Notes: generated from the letters alone by a model not told the origin. Shown: positions 1 to 9,956, counted from the first letter of the stretch. The stretch is 64,000 nt of DNA from Candidatus Thalassarchaeaceae archaeon (GCA_943841885.1 CALSZZ010000001.1:382253-446252); one strand, 5' to 3'. Program-made: numbers and translations.

Positions 1-91
1 TTTTTCGGAGGAAGATGGGAATGACACCTTAATATGGTGTAAAAAAGACACTAACTTTATAGAGTAAAGCATCATTGGGTAACTGAGAGAT

Positions 92-226
92 ATGGAAATA
101 TTAGCTATCTTTAATTGCCCTGCTTGTAAATCGCCTTTATTGTACCAAGAGTATGTAACCAGAGAATTACGAAGTACAACATGTATGACATGTAATATTA
201 CTTCTATAACAATAAATGAATATTGA
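92..226 (+). CDS. small zinc-ribbon protein (44 aa)
   Basis: Manual translation MEILAIFNCPACKSPLLYQEYVTRELRSTTCMTCNITSITINEY; two CxxC pairs; below ORF-track cutoff. Confidence 0.5.
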   Translation: MEILAIFNCPACKSPLLYQEYVTRELRSTTCMTCNITSITINEY

Positions 227-248
227 TTAATAATGGAATCGGAATTAA

Positions 249-515
249 TTATTCTTGTTCATTTTGATATGTGAATAATTCAACTGGTTCATACTTCTCA
301 GATATTCTAGAAAATACAATCCATCCAATGTTCAATAGTACTGTAGCTGTAGTTAAAGAACAAAGAAACCAGATTCCCCAATTAGTTGCACTATAGTACC
401 ATCCCAAGTATATTGAAAATGATATTACAAGAATAAACCATAGCCTTGAAGCGCTACTGGGAGTTTTATTCCCACTTTGATCTCTTCTGGGAGAATGTAA
501 CGAACTATTGGCCAT
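249..515 (-). CDS. hypothetical small membrane protein (2 TM)
   Basis: 88-aa ORF with two hydrophobic segments. Confidence 0.6.
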   Translation of the reverse strand: MANSSLHSPRRDQSGNKTPSSASRLWFILVISFSIYLGWYYSATNWGIWFLCSLTTATVLLNIGWIVFSRISEKYEPVELFTYQNEQE

Positions 516-567
516 AAATCACGTTTCACGTTAGTAGTTTTTAATATGTGTTCAAAATGATAATATT

Positions 568-1227
568 TTACTCTGCTGAAACTGTAATACAACGTCTAAA
601 CCATTCTGAATTATCAACTATATCTACTGTCCATTCTGCTAAATCAGTGCGAGAAATACTTGTATTACTACGAGTCACCAATGATTCTCCACCCCTAATT
701 TTTTGATTTAGAATGTCATCTTTAAGAATTGGAGGGCGTATTATTGTCCAATCTAAATCTGATTTTTTTAACATATTATCCGCTCGTTCATGATCCTTAA
801 ATGCAAATCTTAAGTTACTAATATTTATTAGAATTCTAAATAGAATACCTGTACGATTTCGTGAATCTCCGACACCTTGAGCGGAAATTTTGATTATTCT
901 TTTAGTATCGGTATTTTCTAATGCATTCAAGAGCAATCTCATAGAGGAACTATGCAAATCCAAAGGACCGATTACTGAGGCGAAAGGTGATTTAGATTTT
1001 CTTGGAATTGATAATGCTAAAATTATAACATCTGCTCCTTTGATTGCTTCTAATATTGTATTAATATCTGTGACATTTCCTTGGAATGGTATCGCTCCGA
1101 GAGGAGTATTTTCAACTGATGCAGAGCGCCCCAAACAAACAACTTCATACCCTCTTTTGATTGCTATTTCAGAAATTTTATTACCTATTCGACCAGTTCC
1201 TCCTAGAACAACAATACGCTTTTTCAC
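568..1227 (-). CDS. NAD(P)H-binding oxidoreductase (atypical SDR / flavin reductase-like)
   Basis: N-terminal GGTGRIG Rossmann motif, DWTIIRPP and ISRTDLA motifs. Confidence 0.85.
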   Translation of the reverse strand: MKKRIVVLGGTGRIGNKISEIAIKRGYEVVCLGRSASVENTPLGAIPFQGNVTDINTILEAIKGADVIILALSIPRKSKSPFASVIGPLDLHSSSMRLLLNALENTDTKRIIKISAQGVGDSRNRTGILFRILINISNLRFAFKDHERADNMLKKSDLDWTIIRPPILKDDILNQKIRGGESLVTRSNTSISRTDLAEWTVDIVDNSEWFRRCITVSAE

Positions 1228-1354
1228 AGATTGTGGAATGTATTAATTGTTATATATTTATGATTATCAAATACAGACAAATAGAATTTGTCCATTCTTC
1301 AAAAATGATACTTGATGTCAATGGATATATTACTCAGTTTTGATTGGACATTAT

Positions 1355-2146
1355 ATGCCAAAACTCAAAGTTGATGGTCACAATTTTCACTATCAAGAAA
1401 TAGGAGATGGACCAACAGTACTACTATTATGTAGTACTGGATTAGATTCTAGACAGTGGACAAATATCTTTCCGATGCTTGAAGGAAAGAAGGTTATTTG
1501 CCCTCATTACTTATGCTATTCGGGTACAGATAAATGGCAAGGAGTTGGAGAAATTGATCCATGGATAGACTATCGTGCTGTTGAAGCAATTCTATTAGCT
1601 GAAGATTCTCCAATCGATATTATTGGTCACTCATATGGTGGTTTTATTGCATTAAAGCTGGCTAAGAAGTATCCAAAAATGATTAAAAAAATAGCATTAC
1701 ATGAACCGATAGCCTGGGGATGTCTTCAGTATACTGAAAGGGACGATTTGAAAGACGAATTTGGAGAAGTAGTGGAAACTTTTTTCACAGAAAATCTTGG
1801 TCCAGAAGATTTTCTAAAAGACTTTGTCGACTATTGGAATGTTCAAGGGACATGGGACTCTATGGCAACCAAAAGAAAGCATAAATGGCTTGATTTACAA
1901 CCAAAGATTCTCAGTGAGGTAAGGATGTTATGTTATGATAAAACTCCTCCCTCTTTTTACGAAAGTATACAGCACCCCATTCTCATCACGTTAAGTAAAG
2001 AAACTCCTCCTCATCAATTTGAGGCTTGTAAAATAGTTGCATCGTCTATGAATGATGCGCATATAATAGAAGTTCCCGGAGGACATATGGGCGTTGTCAC
2101 CAAATCTCATGATGTAATGCCATATCTTGTGGATTGGCTATTATGA
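1355..2146 (+). CDS. alpha/beta hydrolase
   Basis: GHSYGG nucleophile elbow, C-terminal GGHM His; ATG at 1355 preferred over TTG at 1340. Confidence 0.85.
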   Translation: MPKLKVDGHNFHYQEIGDGPTVLLLCSTGLDSRQWTNIFPMLEGKKVICPHYLCYSGTDKWQGVGEIDPWIDYRAVEAILLAEDSPIDIIGHSYGGFIALKLAKKYPKMIKKIALHEPIAWGCLQYTERDDLKDEFGEVVETFFTENLGPEDFLKDFVDYWNVQGTWDSMATKRKHKWLDLQPKILSEVRMLCYDKTPPSFYESIQHPILITLSKETPPHQFEACKIVASSMNDAHIIEVPGGHMGVVTKSHDVMPYLVDWLL

Positions 2147-2158
2147 CACGAAAAAAGG

Positions 2159-2575
2159 TTAGTCATCGAATACTTCTATCTCTGCATTCTTCTTTACTAG
2201 ATCGGTAAATTTCGAAGTATACCTAGTTGCACGTACCACATGGTTGTCAATCCAATGGTAATTTCCCCCTCTAGGCTTACCCATCAATAATGAGTGGTAT
2301 CTGAAACCTTTCTCAACTAACCATGTTTCTGTTACTTGTCTGTGAGCTTCTGTACGGGCAGTGAAAAAGCAAATTTGATGTCCTGCTTCAAACCAATTAT
2401 TGATTGTTGAAATAGCATCTGGATAGGCCTCAGCTATAGCCATTCGCTCTGGTTCCTCATTGGGAATATCTTCACCGATCGTACCATCGATATCTATCAA
2501 ATAATTCTTGATATGTTCGGGCAATACAGGGCTTATTGGCATTCCATGTTTGTTTGAGGTATCAACTAGTTTCAT
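2159..2575 (-). CDS. small capless HAD-superfamily phosphatase
   Basis: DIDGT motif I, FTAR motif II, MGKP and WIDN motifs; start at MKLVD preferred. Confidence 0.75.
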   Translation of the reverse strand: MKLVDTSNKHGMPISPVLPEHIKNYLIDIDGTIGEDIPNEEPERMAIAEAYPDAISTINNWFEAGHQICFFTARTEAHRQVTETWLVEKGFRYHSLLMGKPRGGNYHWIDNHVVRATRYTSKFTDLVKKNAEIEVFDD

Positions 2576-2711
2576 ATTTATATTCGTCCATGGGCCGTCC
2601 ATAATCATAACCCTTCTCTGATGTATATGTGAAAAGTCATGAATACTAGAAAAAGGGTTTTGTTAAATTCAAAAAATATATAGATAGAATATTTATTAAA
2701 AAGCATTAAGA

Positions 2712-3251
2712 TTATTTTGAGTCAAATACATATTTTCTATAATGATTTAATTCTTCAATACTCCCTCTAACGTCATCCATTGCTCTATGACCCGAACGTT
2801 TACTAAATCTCGGAGAATTAGGATACCATCGCCTGATTACTTCTTTTATTGAAGTTACATCTACACTTCTATAATGGAAGAAATCATGTAACTCAGGCAT
2901 ATATTTTCTAAGAAAACGACGATCTTGACCAATTGTATTACCACATAATGGAGGTACGCCTTCGAGACAATGTAGTCTTAGGAATTCTATTGTTTGCTCT
3001 TCTGCTTCTTTCATTAGGACGCCTTTATTTCTCACCCTTTCTATTAATCCATTTTCAGTGTGATGGGTTTGATTCCATTCATCCATTTTATCCAACTCTT
3101 CTTCAGGTTGAGATATTGCTAAACTTGGCCCTTCGGCTACAATATTAAGATTACCTTCTGTAACTATAGTGGCTATTTCAATAATGGTATTTTCATGTGG
3201 ATCTAGTCCTGTCATTTCTAAGTCTAGCCATACTAAACGCTGTTCGACCAT
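2712..3251 (-). CDS. orn: oligoribonuclease (DEDDh exonuclease)
   Basis: LVWLDLEMTGL, PLCGNTIGQDRRFL, HYRSVDVTS and HRAMDDVRGSIEEL motifs typical of Orn; start at MVEQRL removes the overlap with the divergent MFS gene. Confidence 0.92.
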   Translation of the reverse strand: MVEQRLVWLDLEMTGLDPHENTIIEIATIVTEGNLNIVAEGPSLAISQPEEELDKMDEWNQTHHTENGLIERVRNKGVLMKEAEEQTIEFLRLHCLEGVPPLCGNTIGQDRRFLRKYMPELHDFFHYRSVDVTSIKEVIRRWYPNSPRFSKRSGHRAMDDVRGSIEELNHYRKYVFDSK

Positions 3252-3329
3252 GTTTCTATCCTCTGACCTTACCTTCTTAGGTATTCTCATCATAGTAGAC
3301 ATGATATGTGTTAGTATATGCGCAAAGCC

Positions 3330-4574
3330 GTGTCTGATGTTGGGTACTTTCAACTTTTGAAAGAGAATAAGCCATTTCGTCAGTTATTTACGGCAGATAT
3401 GATTTCATACGTTGGAGATTGGTTCACAGTAATTGCACTATTTATCCTAGCGGGCGAGGCTACTGATAACTCTCCACTTGCAATTGCAGGAGTACTAGTG
3501 ACCAGAAGTTTTGGCATGGCATTATGTGATCCTTTTTCAGGTATGTTTGCTGATAGATATTCCAGGAAAGGATTGATGATGTTATCTAATTTTATTTCTC
3601 TTATTGCGCTAGTTAGTGTTGTTTCACTTGACTTATTAGATAGTTTATTTTCATATTATTTACTTGCCTTTGTGATGGTTTTAGCAAAGTCCTTATTCGA
3701 CCCTGCAGAATTCTCATATTTACCAAAGATTTGTACAAATGATGAATTAATTACAGCTAATGCATTGGGCTCAGGAGGTTGGTCAGTTGCCTTGGGAATA
3801 GGGGCAGGAATAGGTGGCCTTACGATTTCAGAATTTGGAGTTACTACCGCTTTGTGGATAGACTGTACAACTTTCTTATTTTCAATATTATTAATTTCAA
3901 GATTACCCCCTGGCGGTCCCGATAATCCAGTGGAAGGCATATTAACTCCGAAAAAAGCCATAGTTGAAATTATTTCTGGATGGAAATATATTCGAGGTAG
4001 ACCTCCTGTAAGAAGAGTTGTATTTGCTAAAGGAATGTGGGCTGCAGGTGGTGGAGCACAAGTTTTTTTACTAATATTAATTGGAATGGAGACAAACTTT
4101 GGAGAACTTGCAGCGGGAATAGGTTTGCTGTTTATGATTAGAGGATTTGGATCTGGATTTGGTCCAATAATTGCCAAGCCATTGATGAAACAAAAAAATA
4201 TTCTTCCTTACCTTTTAGGAGTTTCAGTGGGTGTTTCAGGAATTTTTTATGTTTTTGTTTCACAAATAGAATGGACTAATTTGTTACTAGTATTTGTTTT
4301 CTGTGCGCATGCTAGTAGTGGAGTTAATTGGGTTTATTCAACGACAATGCTCCAAAAACGTTCAGATGATGAATGGAGAGGAAGAGTCGCTGGAACTGAT
4401 TATTTAGTAATAACATTCACAATGGGGGCTTCAGCACTTGCTGCTGCCCTGATACTGGAGAATCAACTTTTGGAGTTAAGAGAAGTAATAGCGATTACTG
4501 GTACAATACAGATTGGTCTAGGAATATTATGGGTATTACTGGCATCTCCTAGTGAAAAGAAAATTTTTATTTGA
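3330..4574 (+). CDS. MFS transporter (H+ antiporter / macrolide-efflux-like)
   Basis: About 12 hydrophobic segments, GMFADRYSRK motif A, EWRGRV in the C-half; start at GTG 3330 or ATG 3318. Confidence 0.88.
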   Translation: MSDVGYFQLLKENKPFRQLFTADMISYVGDWFTVIALFILAGEATDNSPLAIAGVLVTRSFGMALCDPFSGMFADRYSRKGLMMLSNFISLIALVSVVSLDLLDSLFSYYLLAFVMVLAKSLFDPAEFSYLPKICTNDELITANALGSGGWSVALGIGAGIGGLTISEFGVTTALWIDCTTFLFSILLISRLPPGGPDNPVEGILTPKKAIVEIISGWKYIRGRPPVRRVVFAKGMWAAGGGAQVFLLILIGMETNFGELAAGIGLLFMIRGFGSGFGPIIAKPLMKQKNILPYLLGVSVGVSGIFYVFVSQIEWTNLLLVFVFCAHASSGVNWVYSTTMLQKRSDDEWRGRVAGTDYLVITFTMGASALAAALILENQLLELREVIAITGTIQIGLGILWVLLASPSEKKIFI

Positions 4575-4597
4575 TTAGATTTATCATTTATTTCAAA

Positions 4598-5197
4598 TTA
4601 ATCTTTTTGAATTAGTACTCCATCATTAGAAAACCAGTTTTCTTCTCCTGCATCAAAAAATATTAAATCACAATTTGGACATCCGTCTATTTCTATAATT
4701 TTTTGATGTCCTGACCATGCTTCAATTTTTTCCAAAATATCTGGCTTCAACAAACTACGTTCCTTAGCATGATGTATGAATATTATATCCACTTTTTTCA
4801 TTTTATCCATGCAATCTATACAGTCAAAGTCACTAGTTTTGACAGAAGAGGATAATTTTTCTCGGATAAAATCCGCTGATTGAAAAACTCCAAAAATACC
4901 TTTGTTAAGCCTTTTATCTATTGATTTAGATTCAAAGATAATACCATTGCATGTTCCACAAAATAAATCTGAAGTAACTAGTGAGGTGAGATGTAGGCCC
5001 AGAAAAAGAAGTGCCACACCCGGAAATAATTCTACGATAAAAGTAATAATTTCTGAATTAGTTAATACACCTTCGTTCTCTATGGAATTAAGGGATTTAA
5101 GGGCTAAGGCAATTCCAGCGAGGCCCAAGAATGTCAAGGGAGTTCCGAGAGGGTGGAAAACTCTTTTTTGTTCTTTCGATATTCCATTGTCCCACAA
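4598..5197 (-). CDS. membrane protein with C-terminal Zn-ribbon (zf-TFIIB-like) domain
   Basis: Two TM segments then CGTC, CIDC and IEIDGCPNCDLIFFDAGE. Confidence 0.6.
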   Translation of the reverse strand: MWDNGISKEQKRVFHPLGTPLTFLGLAGIALALKSLNSIENEGVLTNSEIITFIVELFPGVALLFLGLHLTSLVTSDLFCGTCNGIIFESKSIDKRLNKGIFGVFQSADFIREKLSSSVKTSDFDCIDCMDKMKKVDIIFIHHAKERSLLKPDILEKIEAWSGHQKIIEIDGCPNCDLIFFDAGEENWFSNDGVLIQKD

Positions 5198-5297
5198 CCC
5201 CTAGGACAATCAACTTCTTTGGATGAAGCCTTAGAGTCATCACTGCTCATGAATCATGAGTATTCTAGTAATGCTTCAATATTTCGGCGGCATTATG

Positions 5298-7847
5298 TTA
5301 TGATGATTCGACAAGTCCGGAACGTTTTGCCCAAACAACTAACACACTAGGTAAAACCCAGACAGAAGATAGGAATGAGAATAGAATTGTCAGAGCCGTT
5401 ATTGTCCCAAATTGTTGCATTGGGACCAATATCGACTGAGATAATACTCCAAATGATAGAACTGTCGTCATGGCAGCTCCGAATAAAGAAAATCCAGTAT
5501 TCTTTACAGTATTATTTACTGCATCTTCCAATGAATGATGTTCTTCTAACTCTTCAATAAATCTATGAGAGATATGTATAGCATATGTCACGCCAAGGCC
5601 GATAGTCAGTGCCCCTATTAGCGTAGTCATAACATTCAGACTGTAACCAATAACAACCATGGTTCCAAGAATCCAAGTTAATACTAAAATTACAGGAATC
5701 ATAGTCAGAAGTCCTAGAATTGGTTGACCATCATTCAACCAGAATACTGCTGTTAAAACAATAAATGATAGGATAATAGTATAACCAATAGACTGAATCA
5801 TTGTAGAGGTTATTGTATCCATTACTACAACAAAAACAGGAGGTTGTCCAGTTGCAACTACACTAATTCCACTACTAGATTCTATATCTTGTAGAGGTTT
5901 AATATCTCTATTCAATTCATCACTGACTTGAATGTAATCAGTATTTCTTGACTTTGTACCAACCATGATGTATGAAACTGTATATTGATCAGTAGTTTCA
6001 TCTAAATAAATGAAATTTTGTATCATATAAGGCTGATTTTCAAACATCCAATCTAAAAGTTCCTTCACATCAGAATCTGTATCAGGTATTCCATCTTCAT
6101 CGACATCAGAAGCATTGAACATTTCTCCGAATGTAGAATTCATTTCTACCGTGAGATTCATAATTACCAAAGGAGATAATACTTTTTCCTCATCATCTGT
6201 AACATATGTTCTGTCTCTATTATCAGTGTCTGGTATATTTGTTAAAAGTTCATCTTGTGTTTCTTGCATTGCTCTAAAGACTGCCGTGGTGGCTACATCT
6301 TCTCCACTAATATAAATAAAAGAGGTTTCACCTACACTAGAACCAAAATTATCTTGGAAATAATTGAACTCCTGGACAATTTCTACATCTTGAGGTAAAA
6401 AGTCTTCAGCATTAAATTCAGATGAAATTTGACTTCCTCCGTAACCTGCAACAATAGTTAGAACCACAAAGAAAGCAATTGCTCTCTCCGGAAATTTAAG
6501 TGCTAAAAATGACCCAATACTCATGAATCTGTCCGAAATAGCATTACTCTTACTACCAATTTTTTTGGCTTTTATTGCCTTGATATTCGATTCTGATAAA
6601 ATATCAATACCGTTTTTTTGTCTTCTTCTATCTATTAATATCCTACATGCGGGAAGGAATGTTACAAATATTATGAAAGCAGATAATATTCCTAATCCAG
6701 TTTGAATGCCAAATTCCCTTATTGGCGTTATATCTGAAGAAAGATTTGAGAAGAAACCAATCATTGTAGTAATGGTAGCAAATAATAATGCAGAACCTAC
6801 AGATACTATTGAAGTCTCATTGGCTTTATCTAAATCTCCATCTTCAACAACTTCTTCACGATATCTCATAGTCAGATGTATTCCATAGTCAACTCCTAAT
6901 CCAATTAGTAAGATTGGTATTATTGTCAAAAAGAAACTTGCTTCAAAGTCTAAAATGATACCAAATGCAAATGTCCAGATGATGGAAATTGTTAGTGCCA
7001 CCAGAGTTAAACTAACATCTGTGAAAGACCTGAATGTTAGTCCTAGGACTAGTAAAATGAAACCTAATACAAATATACCTAAACGATTATTTACATCATT
7101 GTTAAACTCAGTATTTACCTCTTGATCTATAGCACCTACTCCAAGAGAATAGACTAATGTGTTTTCAAAGATATTTTCTCTGAAGTCTACAGCTACTTCA
7201 CCCATTAATTTTTCTACTTTAGTGATTCTTTCTAGAGCCTGTACAGAATTCTCACCATCACGGTTACTATTGTCGAATGTTAGAATTACAACAGTCGAAG
7301 TTGCCAAAGCGTCACCATCTCCCTCTCCAAGAAGATTGGATACAGCATCTGCCAGGTTTTCATCATTTTTTGCTTCTCTGAGCGCATTTTTTATTTGCTC
7401 ATCACTCTTACCTTCATAGAGTTCTTTTAGTTCTGATAAAGTACTCTCGTTAGCATCAAATTGTCCTGCTAGTAAGGTTGGTAATGAAACAATATTATTT
7501 GTTATATTTTCAGGATCGAGTAAGCTACCTAGTATTTCCTCATTATTCACAAAAGATATTTCTAAATCTAGGATTTCTACAAATACTGAACTAGTTACTA
7601 CATCATCTGATTTTATTAAAGTAACAACGGGATATTCGGTCTGAAATTTTTCTCCAATATCTGTTAATGCATCAACAACTTCATTCTCTGGTATGAAACC
7701 GGCTTGACTAGGATCTTCTGCTGGTGGAGCATTTATTAAAACAACTAACATTAAGCTAGTAACTGCTAAAATTGCTACAACCACTTTTACTGGATTTCGG
7801 TTAACTGGTCCAGCTACATTATGTAGGATGTCCATAGCGTCCGGCAA
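5298..7847 (-). CDS. MMPL/RND family transporter (archaeal HAE3-like)
   Basis: Two repeats of TM + large loop + 5 TM; GLGVDYGIH and GLGVTYAIH motifs. Confidence 0.9.
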   Translation of the reverse strand: MPDAMDILHNVAGPVNRNPVKVVVAILAVTSLMLVVLINAPPAEDPSQAGFIPENEVVDALTDIGEKFQTEYPVVTLIKSDDVVTSSVFVEILDLEISFVNNEEILGSLLDPENITNNIVSLPTLLAGQFDANESTLSELKELYEGKSDEQIKNALREAKNDENLADAVSNLLGEGDGDALATSTVVILTFDNSNRDGENSVQALERITKVEKLMGEVAVDFRENIFENTLVYSLGVGAIDQEVNTEFNNDVNNRLGIFVLGFILLVLGLTFRSFTDVSLTLVALTISIIWTFAFGIILDFEASFFLTIIPILLIGLGVDYGIHLTMRYREEVVEDGDLDKANETSIVSVGSALLFATITTMIGFFSNLSSDITPIREFGIQTGLGILSAFIIFVTFLPACRILIDRRRQKNGIDILSESNIKAIKAKKIGSKSNAISDRFMSIGSFLALKFPERAIAFFVVLTIVAGYGGSQISSEFNAEDFLPQDVEIVQEFNYFQDNFGSSVGETSFIYISGEDVATTAVFRAMQETQDELLTNIPDTDNRDRTYVTDDEEKVLSPLVIMNLTVEMNSTFGEMFNASDVDEDGIPDTDSDVKELLDWMFENQPYMIQNFIYLDETTDQYTVSYIMVGTKSRNTDYIQVSDELNRDIKPLQDIESSSGISVVATGQPPVFVVVMDTITSTMIQSIGYTIILSFIVLTAVFWLNDGQPILGLLTMIPVILVLTWILGTMVVIGYSLNVMTTLIGALTIGLGVTYAIHISHRFIEELEEHHSLEDAVNNTVKNTGFSLFGAAMTTVLSFGVLSQSILVPMQQFGTITALTILFSFLSSVWVLPSVLVVWAKRSGLVESS

Positions 7848-8010
7848 TAAATTATAATAATAAAAGAATAAGTAAAGATATTTACACTAAATAAAAAAAT
7901 TACACTATTATTAAAAATTGTGAAACATAATTAAAAATTAAATTAATTCTTGAATTCCAACTAAAACAAATAATTGGAATATTGCGAATGGTACAATACT
8001 AATCAAAGAT

Positions 8011-8835
8011 CTAGTAATAATTAAGATGAAAAATTGCTAATAACGTGACGAAAATAGATGGTGCTAAGGTACGCATCAAAGTAGTGATTATCTGGACATA
8101 AGTTCTCTTTGTGTAATTTTTAAATTCATCTTCTAAAAATTCATCAAGTTCTGAGAGTCCAAAAGTTGCCACCTCAGTTATCTTTTCACTTACCGTATTA
8201 GCAATTGCACCTCCTAAATTTCCTAAAAAAGTAGTTGCTGGAGATATTAGAGATGATAAAAAGTCAGACGAAGTACTGCCGGCCTTCTGGACATTTTTTG
8301 GTAACTTGGAAACTGAAAGATTTTTTATTTTGATTAGACCTTTTCTAGCTTGTACTAACAAATTTAGTTTATCTAAACCAGTGATTCTTTTTAGTGAGGA
8401 TAATGATTCTGCCATGGCATCTAATTCATTAATTGCGTAAATCAGTTTTTTGTTGGTATTATCTGAATTCTTATAATCGACATATAACCAAGTTAACATT
8501 CCAATTATGAAAAAAGTCAAGATGGTTGAATTCATCTGTGTTATTAAAACATCATCAACTCCAAAATAATACATAATAGGAATTCCAAGTATTGCAGGAA
8601 GTAAGGCTAGAGAAATTTCGGTTATTACAAATTGATTAATTCCTTTAATTTCTAATTCTCTGATTAGCTTTAATCCAGCAACTGGTTGACCATCAAAAAA
8701 TTTGGAAATTTCTTTTATTGGCCTCAGGACTAAAAAAATCCTTATTACAAAAGATAATAGTAAAACAACAAAAGTCCAATCTTTTAATGTTTCAGGAGGA
8801 AACGAAGGTAATAAATCAAAAATCATACCAATCAT
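8011..8835 (-). CDS. hypothetical membrane protein with amphipathic 11-mer segment
   Basis: 274 aa; three N-terminal TM helices, helical soluble region, C-terminal TM; last gene of the small-protein cluster. Confidence 0.7.
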   Translation of the reverse strand: MIGMIFDLLPSFPPETLKDWTFVVLLLSFVIRIFLVLRPIKEISKFFDGQPVAGLKLIRELEIKGINQFVITEISLALLPAILGIPIMYYFGVDDVLITQMNSTILTFFIIGMLTWLYVDYKNSDNTNKKLIYAINELDAMAESLSSLKRITGLDKLNLLVQARKGLIKIKNLSVSKLPKNVQKAGSTSSDFLSSLISPATTFLGNLGGAIANTVSEKITEVATFGLSELDEFLEDEFKNYTKRTYVQIITTLMRTLAPSIFVTLLAIFHLNYY

Positions 8836-8881
8836 CTCAAGCAGAACTGAATCATCCTAAAGGTGATTAGGATAATAAGTT

Positions 8882-9067
8882 TTAATTTTCTATTTGTCCT
8901 AATTTTGTATAGATAGAATCTACAATGTCATCATTATATTGGCATATCATGGTTCCATATTTTCTTCCAAATTTATAACCTGCGCCAGCGGAACCGGCAA
9001 TAGCCATGTAATTGCTGGCTTTCCATGCAAGTGTAATAACTCCCAAGATAGTTAACTCTCTAATCAT
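8882..9067 (-). CDS. small Gly/Ala-rich hydrophobic protein (61 aa)
   Basis: Shine-Dalgarno AAGGAGGT upstream; ATG overlaps the upstream TAA (TAATG). Confidence 0.75.
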   Translation of the reverse strand: MIRELTILGVITLAWKASNYMAIAGSAGAGYKFGRKYGTMICQYNDDIVDSIYTKLGQIEN

Positions 9068-9246
9068 TATTTCTTACCTCCTTTTATTTTGGATTTTTTT
9101 ACTTCCTTTATTTCTTGTATATCATTGCCTAGGTTTTCATCTAATCCGGCATAGTGCCTGAAACTACTTACTGTAGCTCCGACCATTGCTCCACCGACTC
9201 CAATTGCCATACAAGTCATTCCTAATGCAAATATTTTCATTACCAT
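9067..9246 (-). CDS. small glycine-zipper-like hydrophobic protein (59 aa)
   Basis: Manual translation MVMKIFALGMTCMAIGVGGAMVGATVSSFRHYAGLDENLGNDIQEIKEVKKSKIKGGKK; AAGGAG upstream; fills the gap between its neighbours exactly; missing from ORF track. Confidence 0.75.
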   Translation of the reverse strand: MVMKIFALGMTCMAIGVGGAMVGATVSSFRHYAGLDENLGNDIQEIKEVKKSKIKGGKK

Positions 9247-9248
9247 AT

Positions 9249-9527
9249 TTATTTCTCCTTTTCTTTTTTATCCTTCTTATTTCCCTTGACAATTCTTGAC
9301 GCACTATCTCCAATCGTCCCTACAACGTTACCAGCAGTCTCTACTGTAACCTTCGTGACTTCTCCGGTTGCATCAATGATCGCACTTATTGCGCGTCCGC
9401 CGCCTACTGCAAGATGTACAACAGTTTCTTCACCTGCATTTACTAATTCTTTAACAGCTGAGGAGAACTCATCAACAAGTGCATTCAGTCCTTTAGTGAC
9501 TTTGTCTACGGGTTTTGGTCCAGACAC
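9249..9527 (-). CDS. small amphipathic 11-mer-repeat protein (92 aa)
   Basis: Six consecutive 11-residue repeats, Lys-rich tail; TATA-like TTATATA about 25 nt upstream of the GTG. Confidence 0.75.
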   Translation of the reverse strand: MSGPKPVDKVTKGLNALVDEFSSAVKELVNAGEETVVHLAVGGGRAISAIIDATGEVTKVTVETAGNVVGTIGDSASRIVKGNKKDKKEKEK

Positions 9528-9570
9528 GTTTATCGGATTGGGGGCCTGTATATAATATTCGGAGGGATGA

Positions 9571-9596
9571 TATAGGGGGTTAAATAACCTCCTATA
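9571..9596. promoter_or_regulatory. 26-bp imperfect palindrome (candidate operator or terminator hairpin)
   Basis: TATAGGGGGTTA-AA-TAACCTCCTATA, 12-bp arms with one mismatch, between the regulator stop and the small-protein promoter. Confidence 0.6.
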
Positions 9597-9605
9597 TTCT
9601 TATTT

Positions 9606-9956
9606 TTATATCTTCATATCATCTGAAGGAAGGTAAAAGAAGTCTTTAGGATAAATCTCCATTCTTTGGCCCAATTGGATAAATCTACCAATATCGGAAC
9701 GCCACATTCTCCCATTCTCGGTCACTTCCCAATGGACTACAGGATGCCCTCCTCTGCCTAATTTTCCTGAGTCTTGATTTTCAATTAATTCCATTTTAAC
9801 GAGTTTATTTAATAGATTTTTCAATTCCTTCCTGTCTATACCGGTAGCTCTTTCAATCCTAACTAATTGTTTTGTATTTGATTCATTTGAACGCATTCTT
9901 GAAAGGTAAAGAAGTATCCTGTATAATGTAACTGGAAAGTCCCTCTGCTTCTTCAT
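9606..9956 (-). CDS. winged-helix transcriptional regulator
   Basis: HTH-like IERATGIDRKELKNLLNKLVKMELI plus wing ending WEVTENGR; start at MKKQRD preferred. Confidence 0.72.
   Translation of the reverse strand: MKKQRDFPVTLYRILLYLSRMRSNESNTKQLVRIERATGIDRKELKNLLNKLVKMELIENQDSGKLGRGGHPVVHWEVTENGRMWRSDIGRFIQLGQRMEIYPKDFFYLPSDDMKI

Noticed and set aside
3251-3353. Head-to-head overlap of the orn and MFS ORFs
   Set aside because: Disappears when the downstream starts (3251 and 3330) are used
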